Source: Candidatus Woesearchaeota archaeon (GTDB lineage: Archaea; Nanobdellota; Nanobdellia; Woesearchaeales; GW2011-AR4). From it: a DNA stretch of 64,000 nt. The position numbers were made by a program, and so were the translations under genes. The notes under the pieces were generated by a model. The model was not told the origin of the DNA and did no database searches. It was given only the letters and a program-made list of their open reading frames with translations. Each line of letters starts with the position of its first letter. Within the stretch, counting starts at the first letter, position 1. Where the stretch lies: contig JACPDF010000022.1 of assembly GCA_016184145.1 (NCBI GenBank), positions 1,542 through 65,541 of the forward strand, written 5' to 3'. This document shows, piece after piece, positions 58,068 through 64,000 of the stretch.

Positions 58068-58667
58068 ATGACAGAAGAGAAGTTTTTGGTGCCTACTGAT
58101 GAATACCTTAAGTCAGGAATACACATAGGGACAAAGTACAAGACAAGGTACATGGAGAAGTTCATATACAAGACAAGGCCTGATGGATTGTCCGTATTAA
58201 ACCTGCAGAGAATTGATGAAAGGATAGCCATAGCTGCAAAATTTCTTGCCACATATAACCCTGAAGACATCCTGATTGTTGGAAGGAGGGAAAGCGCCTG
58301 GAAGCCCATAACAAAATTCGGGAAAGTTATCGGAGCAAAGGTATATGCTGGAAGATATCCTCCTGGAATTCTGACAAATCCCGGCTTGGAGGATTATATA
58401 GAAGTAAAAGTGCTGCTGGCTGTGGATGTATGGCCCGACAGGAATGCTGTCATGGACTGTGTAAAAATAGGAATACCTGTTATTGCCATATGCGACACAA
58501 ACAACCAGTCAAATAACATAGACCTGGTGATTCCCGGAAATAACAAGGGCAAAAAGAGCCTTGGGCTGTTTTTCTGGATACTTGCCAAAGAGTATCTAAA
58601 AGCAAGAGGGATAATAAAAAGCGACAAGGACTTCAAGGAAAAATTAGAGGATTTTACTGAAGAATAG
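58068..58667 (+). CDS. rps2: 30S ribosomal protein S2 (uS2, archaeal type)
   Basis: YLKSGIHIGTKYKTRYMEKFIYKTRPDGLSVLNLQ...VIAICDTNN. Confidence 0.9.
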   Translation: MTEEKFLVPTDEYLKSGIHIGTKYKTRYMEKFIYKTRPDGLSVLNLQRIDERIAIAAKFLATYNPEDILIVGRRESAWKPITKFGKVIGAKVYAGRYPPGILTNPGLEDYIEVKVLLAVDVWPDRNAVMDCVKIGIPVIAICDTNNQSNNIDLVIPGNNKGKKSLGLFFWILAKEYLKARGIIKSDKDFKEKLEDFTEE

Positions 58668-58669
58668 AC

Positions 58670-59452
58670 TTATTTTTTCTTTTCTGTTTCAAGAATAAAA
58701 TCGCAGATTTCCTTGAATATTCTTTTCTTATCGAAATCCACGCTTATCACGTGACCAGAGTTTTGGATATAAATGATTCTTTTTTCACTTATCCTTAGAG
58801 CATCATAGATAAACTGCGAGCTTTTAGGCTTTATTGTATTGTCTTTTTTTGAATGTATAATTAATGTTGGAACCTTGATGTTTTTTATTTCCTTCTTTGC
58901 AATTTTTATAAGTTTTAATGCAGATGCCATGGACTCTAGAGGAACCTGCTTGTATGCTATCCTATCCTTCAAGGCTTTTTCATCTGCAATATCGAAAAAT
59001 GCTTCTTTTCTTCCAGGATAATATCTGCCGTAGTCTTTTATTGAGTATTTTTTGAAATATTTTAAAATTGGCGTAAATTTCGCTAATGGGCTTGTATAGA
59101 AGATTGCCGGGGCTAATAGCACTAATCCCTTTATTTTATTATTCTTAATGTTGGCAGCGAGGTGCAATGAAAGCATGGCTCCAATTGACAGGCCAATTAC
59201 ATAGATTTTATCACAATTCTTATTTAGGAAATCAAAATCTTCTGTAACGGAAGAATACCAGTCCTGCCATGTGGTTTTACTTAGATCTTTTACAGAGGCG
59301 CTGTGGCCTTTGAGAAGAGGCGCAAGCACAGTATACTCCTTCGAATGCAAATAAGATGCGAGCTCTTCCATTTCCTGCGTGGAAGAAGTAAGCCCGTGCA
59401 CTAACAAACAGCCGATTTTGCCTTTTTTCTTAAATAACCTGCTGCCTTTCAT
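58670..59452 (-). CDS. Alpha/beta hydrolase (carboxylesterase/lysophospholipase-like)
   Basis: Oxyanion-hole region LLVHGLTSS and nucleophile elbow GLSIGAM (GxSxG). Confidence 0.75.
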   Translation of the reverse strand: MKGSRLFKKKGKIGCLLVHGLTSSTQEMEELASYLHSKEYTVLAPLLKGHSASVKDLSKTTWQDWYSSVTEDFDFLNKNCDKIYVIGLSIGAMLSLHLAANIKNNKIKGLVLLAPAIFYTSPLAKFTPILKYFKKYSIKDYGRYYPGRKEAFFDIADEKALKDRIAYKQVPLESMASALKLIKIAKKEIKNIKVPTLIIHSKKDNTIKPKSSQFIYDALRISEKRIIYIQNSGHVISVDFDKKRIFKEICDFILETEKKK

Positions 59453-60444
59453 CAGATTATGTCTAGAAGCTGGTCTATTGCTTCCTTAAGGTCCATCCCC
59501 TGATAGAGCACTTTGTGCGCATGGGCTATCAAAGGGGTCTCTAAACCATTATTTTTGCACAATTGGTAAACTGCTTTTGTATTTTTAATGCCTTCTGCCA
59601 CCATACCATGCATTTCTTTGTTTATCTGCGCTATACTCTTTCCTTTTGCAAGCCCTTCCCCAACAAACCTGTTTCTGCTATGGTTGCTGTAGCATGTAGC
59701 AACTAGGTCGCCAACTCCCGCCAACCCATAACAGGTTTCTCTTTTTGCCCCGAATTTCCTTGCTATAATGCTCATTTCAGAAAGGCCTAAAGTAAGGATG
59801 CTAGCTTTGGAATTATCCCCGAACCTTAGGCCGTCGCAAACCCCTATTGCTATCGCGACTATGTTTTTTATGGCGCCGCATATTTCAACCCCTGTTACAT
59901 CGTCATGAGGATAAGTCTTAAAATAAGGAGTGCAAAAAACTTTTGCCACTAATTCCCTCGTGCTTTTGTTTTCCGATGCCACTACTGTTGCTGTGGGCAG
60001 CTTAACAGCAACCTCCTCCGCATGGTTTGGCCCTGACAAAACCGCAATGCTCTTTGCCTCGGGCAATTCTTCTTCCAGCACTTTTGACATGAGCTTTCCT
60101 GTATTCTCCTCTATACCTTTGGCTACATGGACAACAATCATGCTTTTATCGATGAATCCTGAAAAAGATTTTGCAGTATGCCTTAGAAATTCCGAAGGCA
60201 CTGCGAAGACAACCATGCCAGAATTTTCAATAGCATCTTTCATTGAATGGGTTGAACTTACACTAGAGGGTATTTTGATGCCTTTAAGATATTGACCATT
60301 TTCTCTTTTTTTATTTATCTCATCAGCAAGCTCTTCTCTTCTCGCCCATAAAGAAACCTTATATCCTTTTTCTCCGAGCAGTATGGCCAAAGCTGTTCCC
60401 CAGCTTCCTGCTCCAATAACCGCAATTTTTCCTGCCTTTTTCAT
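59452..60444 (-). CDS. gpsA: NAD(P)H-dependent glycerol-3-phosphate dehydrogenase (bacterial GpsA type)
   Basis: IAVIGAGSWGTALA, GPNHAEEV, GAIKNIVAIAIG and C-terminal helical domain; 330 aa. Confidence 0.85.
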   Translation of the reverse strand: MKKAGKIAVIGAGSWGTALAILLGEKGYKVSLWARREELADEINKKRENGQYLKGIKIPSSVSSTHSMKDAIENSGMVVFAVPSEFLRHTAKSFSGFIDKSMIVVHVAKGIEENTGKLMSKVLEEELPEAKSIAVLSGPNHAEEVAVKLPTATVVASENKSTRELVAKVFCTPYFKTYPHDDVTGVEICGAIKNIVAIAIGVCDGLRFGDNSKASILTLGLSEMSIIARKFGAKRETCYGLAGVGDLVATCYSNHSRNRFVGEGLAKGKSIAQINKEMHGMVAEGIKNTKAVYQLCKNNGLETPLIAHAHKVLYQGMDLKEAIDQLLDII

Positions 60445-60446
60445 GT

Positions 60447-61078
60447 TTAATAATTATATTTCTGCCCTGACAGATTTGCTATTTCCCTCATTATACTGTC
60501 TGTTACCGACCTTAAGAGTTTTTTTGTCATTGGCTTATTGTAATACTTGTCAAAATACATCGGCTTACCGAAACTGAATGACGCTCTTTTTAATTTCGGT
60601 ATTTTTGCGCCTTTTGGTAGTATTTCAAATGTGCCTTTTATTCCTACCGGGATAACAGGAACCCTTGCCCATAAGGCTAATCTTGCCACTCCTGTCTTGC
60701 CTTTTTGGAGCTTTCCTGTCAGGTTACTATGATTGCCCCTCTCCTTAGGTATGATACGGCTGCTTTTATAGCCCCTTCGCCTTTTTCCCTGTCTATGGGA
60801 ATATAGGTTATGTATCTTTTCCATAAACTGTGCCATGTACTTTGGGTGATGCTTTCAAAATGCTCTTTTTTTGCTATGAAATAGAGTTTTTTGTTCAAGT
60901 ATGGAACTACTATAGAGCCTATCATGAAATGCTCTATGTAGCTGCAATGGTTAGGGGCAAGTATGAAGGCTTTGTCTTTAGGCAGATTCTCCAATCCCCT
61001 GATATTTTTTATCCAAAGCTTTATTATGGGCGGAACAAGATATTTCCCTATGGGTGGAGGAAAAGGCTTTATTTTCAT
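60447..61078 (-). pseudogene. Frameshifted 1-acyl-sn-glycerol-3-phosphate acyltransferase (PlsC-like) paralog
   Basis: The N-terminal part (60719..61078, APNHCSYIEH) and the C-terminal part (60447..60836, LTGKLQKGKTGVARLALWARVPVIPVGIKGTFE) lie in different frames. Compared with the intact neighbour, about 11 nt are missing just upstream of the shared tract. Confidence 0.7.
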
Positions 61079-61668
61079 AGCTTGTACCTCTGATTGGATA
61101 ATTTTGCAATTTCTGTCATTATTTTATCAGTAAGTTTTCTCAATATTTGCTTTTTTATCTCTCTTTTATAATAATTATCAAAATAGATCGGTTTTCCTAT
61201 ATTTATTACTATATTTTTTTTAAATTTTGGCATGATTTTCCCTTTAGGCATAAGCTCAAATGTGCCTTTTATTCCTACCGGGATAACAGGAACCCTTGCC
61301 CATAAGGCTAATCTTGCCACTCCTGTCTTGCCTTTTTGGAGCTTTCCTGTCAGGATGGCTTCCTGCAAAACTATTTGCCCCTCAGCTTCCCTGTCAAAAG
61401 TAATCTGCCTGCCAATTTTGAATATCCACTTAATTATTGGATTAGAAACCAGCTCTTTCTTTGCAAGATACCTAACTTCCTTTTTCCTCAGCCTCATTAA
61501 AACTGTTGAAAGGGCTATTATATCCAGATAACTTGAATGGTTTGCAGCTAAAATAAACCCTTTTTTTTGCGGAAGATTTTCCTTTCCATTGATTTTTCTT
61601 ATGAGAATCTTGCTGCATAATTTAAGAAAAGGACCGTATATAATCCATAAAATAAAATTGCTGAACAT
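61075..61668 (-). CDS. plsC: 1-acyl-sn-glycerol-3-phosphate acyltransferase (PlsC family)
   Basis: HX4D motif AANHSSYLD, FDREAEG, LQKGKTGVARLA and VPVIPVGIKG blocks. Confidence 0.8.
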   Translation of the reverse strand: MFSNFILWIIYGPFLKLCSKILIRKINGKENLPQKKGFILAANHSSYLDIIALSTVLMRLRKKEVRYLAKKELVSNPIIKWIFKIGRQITFDREAEGQIVLQEAILTGKLQKGKTGVARLALWARVPVIPVGIKGTFELMPKGKIMPKFKKNIVINIGKPIYFDNYYKREIKKQILRKLTDKIMTEIAKLSNQRYKL

Positions 61669-61731
61669 ATCATAGAAGATAGCTTGTTAATTTAAAAAGC
61701 TTATTGATATAAAAAAGAAAAAATAAAGGAC

Positions 61732-62760
61732 TTAAATGTCCTTTATGCCCGAGCTTTCCACATAGAAGCTGGCTTCCCCTTCCGGTAGGTTTGGACTATC
61801 TACTAATTTTGCAACTCTGCTGCCTTTCTTTCCTTTTCTCAAGTAGATTCTGAAAGTAGAGGCATGGCCCACTATATGGCCTCCAATTGCTGTGGTGGGG
61901 TCTCCAAAGAACATATCAGGCCTGGCCATTACCTGGTTAGTTACATAGACGCAAATATTGTTCATGTGCGCGATTTTTGCCAAATCCCGCATATGCCTGT
62001 TGATTTTCTGCTGCCTCTCTGCTAATGTGCCCCTGCCTATGTATTCAGCCCTGAAATGCGCTGTCAAAGAGTCTATAATTACCAGCTTTACGTCAAAGCC
62101 CTGTTTTTTTATCAAATCCTCAACTTTTTCTCCTAGTAATGTCTGATGGTCTGAATTATAAGCACGAGCTACTTTGATGTTTTTAAGCGCTTCTGTAGTG
62201 TCCAAGCCAACGCCTTTTGCGAGCTGTTCTATTCGCTCCGGCCTGAATGTGTTTTCTGTGTCTATGTAGACTGCTACTGCTCCAGGAAACTGCTTCTGGA
62301 CATTAACAGCAAGAATATGCCCAATCTGCGTTTTTCCACTTCCATACTCACCAAAGCACTCTGTTATTGCTCCAGTCTCAAAGCCTCCGCCCATTAAAGC
62401 ATCGAAGCTTTTGCTTCCTGTACTTAATTTCAGGACTTGCTCCCTTTTTTTGAGAACTTCTTCCCCTGACTCAAAGCCCATCTCTAGCGATGCTCTTGCA
62501 ACTGCTATGAGCTTTTTTGCTGCTGCTTCTGTCATTCCTGTTGCATCCACCATCTCTCCGGGTGTTGCAACTGCGACTGACATCAAATCCGAGTAGCCTA
62601 CAGCCTCTAATTTTTCTGCAGTGGCCGGGCCTACTCCAGGAAGATCAGAAAGCGCCTTTTCCTTGACTACTTTAGTTTCTTCCCTTAATCTTGATTTTTT
62701 CTCAACTGCTTTTTTTTCATTGTTTTGCAATGTTTCCGGTTCCATTAATACTTGTTTCAT
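61732..62760 (-). CDS. radA: DNA repair and recombination protein RadA
   Basis: N-terminal HhH ([15 protein letters not shown]), Walker [13 protein letters not shown], Walker B VVIDSL. Confidence 0.9.
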   Translation of the reverse strand: MKQVLMEPETLQNNEKKAVEKKSRLREETKVVKEKALSDLPGVGPATAEKLEAVGYSDLMSVAVATPGEMVDATGMTEAAAKKLIAVARASLEMGFESGEEVLKKREQVLKLSTGSKSFDALMGGGFETGAITECFGEYGSGKTQIGHILAVNVQKQFPGAVAVYIDTENTFRPERIEQLAKGVGLDTTEALKNIKVARAYNSDHQTLLGEKVEDLIKKQGFDVKLVIIDSLTAHFRAEYIGRGTLAERQQKINRHMRDLAKIAHMNNICVYVTNQVMARPDMFFGDPTTAIGGHIVGHASTFRIYLRKGKKGSRVAKLVDSPNLPEGEASFYVESSGIKDI

Positions 62761-62822
62761 TTAATCACCTTTTAAAGTTTTTCTTTGTTTTATTGTTTTT
62801 TCAGTTAAAAAATAAAAAAAAT

Positions 62823-63098
62823 TTATGCATCTTGCTGTTCTTTCATTACAAGATACTCGTAGGCTTTCTGCAATACTAAAGATGCTTTTGGCAGGTCATT
62901 GAGCCTTAAAGTGCTTGTTGACTGCCAGTCTCCGTTTTTATCCTTGTACCTTCTCTGGAAAGATACTGTCCGGTAGCTTACATCTTCACCTGACTGGCCT
63001 TTTCCCTGGTTCTGCCAGACTGCAGCAACTAAAGCTCCAGTAGAAAACTTTTTTTCGGGCAAATTGCCCACTGTTTCTGTTTCTATTTTTTGATTCAT
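62823..63098 (-). CDS. Small PC4/YdbC-like putative ssDNA-binding protein
   Basis: Start at MNQKIE, preceded by GAGGT 7 nt upstream. Pattern AVWQNQGKGQSGEDVSYRTVSFQRRYKDKNGDWQSTSTLRLNDLPKA resembles PC4-like domains from memory. The upstream extension in the annotated ORF lacks a ribosome-binding site. Confidence 0.35.
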   Translation of the reverse strand: MNQKIETETVGNLPEKKFSTGALVAAVWQNQGKGQSGEDVSYRTVSFQRRYKDKNGDWQSTSTLRLNDLPKASLVLQKAYEYLVMKEQQDA

Positions 63099-63615
63099 TT
63101 TACTTACCTCTTCCTTGTCGGATTTTGTTTCAACATCCCCTGATTGTGAGCTCCAAATGAAATGGTGAATGAGTTTCTTGCGAATCTCACAATTCACTTG
63201 TGCTCCGAGGATGGAGGCGCTATATGCTTTGCACACAGCGATAATATCAATGACAGAGCTCTTTTAAATACCCTGTGCGCAGATGTCCAGTGGCATTAAA
63301 ATAGTGGATTTTTGGCTTTTAGACTATAAAAAGGCAGAATTTTTGGGTTTCAGAATGTCCAGTGCATTTAACATATCTTAAGCGGGAGCTTCGCAACTTT
63401 AACAAGTAAAAGTTCGCTTAAGAATAGTTATATTCACTTTTTTAGACACCTATAGAAAGGCTTACACCGTAAATCTTTATTGAGAGGCACTTTCGCATAA
63501 TCTTAAAAATGCAAACTCAAAGAGATTCGCATAACGAGAGATTATACGGTTCACTTCGTTCTCCTAAGTTTTTACATTTAGATAGAGAGGGGGCTTAGAA
63601 CTCGTTACGTTATTA

Positions 63616-64000
63616 TCAAACGAATATACTTAATTCCTTCTGCTCTTTTTCTAGAGAATAATTTTCCACAAGATTTTCCGGAATGGGAAGTTTTTCTAAA
63701 TTTCTCGGTTCAACCTTAACCGCACCAGAACCATAGCTTTTGCCAACTAATTTTAGATTCTTAATAGTTTCTGGATGATTTAATACTTCCCACAATGCGT
63801 TAACATGTCTCTTATCAGTTTTTTTAGGATATACGCACAGAAATGTAGTAAGAGGTAAAACGTCAGCTTCATTTTTAATAAATCTAGAATTCCTTCTTCC
63901 TAAATATGCAAAAAGTAACGGGGGGGTTTGTCTTTTTTCCATTTGATACCAAAATTTTCTTTGTTTTAATAAAGCACGTTTAGGCAAATTCAATTCTATT
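63616..64000 (-). CDS. Partial ORF (runs off the window end), possibly the C-terminal region of a DNA methyltransferase (TaqI_C/Eco57I-like)
   Basis: The frame stays open to the window edge. The pattern LFAYLGRRNSRF...VYP...NALWEVLNHP...VEPRNLEKLPIP resembles C-terminal domains of N6-adenine MTases; this is uncertain. Confidence 0.3.
   Translation of the reverse strand, partial: IELNLPKRALLKQRKFWYQMEKRQTPPLLFAYLGRRNSRFIKNEADVLPLTTFLCVYPKKTDKRHVNALWEVLNHPETIKNLKLVGKSYGSGAVKVEPRNLEKLPIPENLVENYSLEKEQKELSIFV

Noticed and set aside
1-64000. Search for rRNA genes, transposases/IS elements, integrases and prophage modules
   Set aside because: No ORF has DDE/HUH transposase or tyrosine-recombinase signatures. 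There are no 16S/23S/5S-like GC-rich structured stretches. The only mobile-looking features are the MITE-like repeats listed above.

Overview
Low-GC (roughly 38-42% by eye) chromosomal segment from an archaeon, densely coded on both strands. The archaeal assignment rests on aEF-1beta, TFS/RpoM, PCNA, RadA, class I CCA-adding enzyme, Trm1, Taw1/TYW1, archaeal-type RibK and riboflavin synthase, and archaeal uS2. The style of the genome (many Lys/Glu-rich coiled-coil proteins, a lamin-tail-domain surface protein, several bacterial-type lipid genes) is reminiscent of DPANN/Woesearchaeota-like genomes; this is inference, no search was run. Most of the window is housekeeping: translation factors, tRNA-modification enzymes, a riboflavin cluster ribH-ribC-ribK, tmk/dut, gyrA, scpB, PCNA, RNase J, radA and rps2. 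Eight things stand out. (1) A compositionally atypical island at about 3.9-8.3 kb carries three large co-directional ORFs (502, 409 and 214 aa) with no motifs I recognise; this is the best candidate for an undescribed system. (2) A class II tRNA-Leu(CAA) appears to carry two introns, one canonical and one in the T-loop. (3) Three paralogous coiled-coil genes form a translationally coupled operon, divergent from a lamin-tail-domain surface protein. (4) A bacterial-type glycerolipid module (gpsA, two plsC copies of which one is frameshifted, and an alpha/beta hydrolase) sits in this archaeon, together with a FabZ-like dehydratase, two thiolases, a DUF35/DUF362-like fusion and FabG. (5) Two pairs of paralogs (thiolases; PlsC) each share a 99-100 nt identical tract, which looks like gene conversion. 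(6) Two 165-nt MITE-like inverted-repeat elements flank a MoxR-vWA cassette. (7) Two further intergenic repeat families are scattered through the window. (8) A partial ORF at the window edge may be the C-terminus of a DNA methyltransferase. No CRISPR array, rRNA, transposase or prophage was seen.
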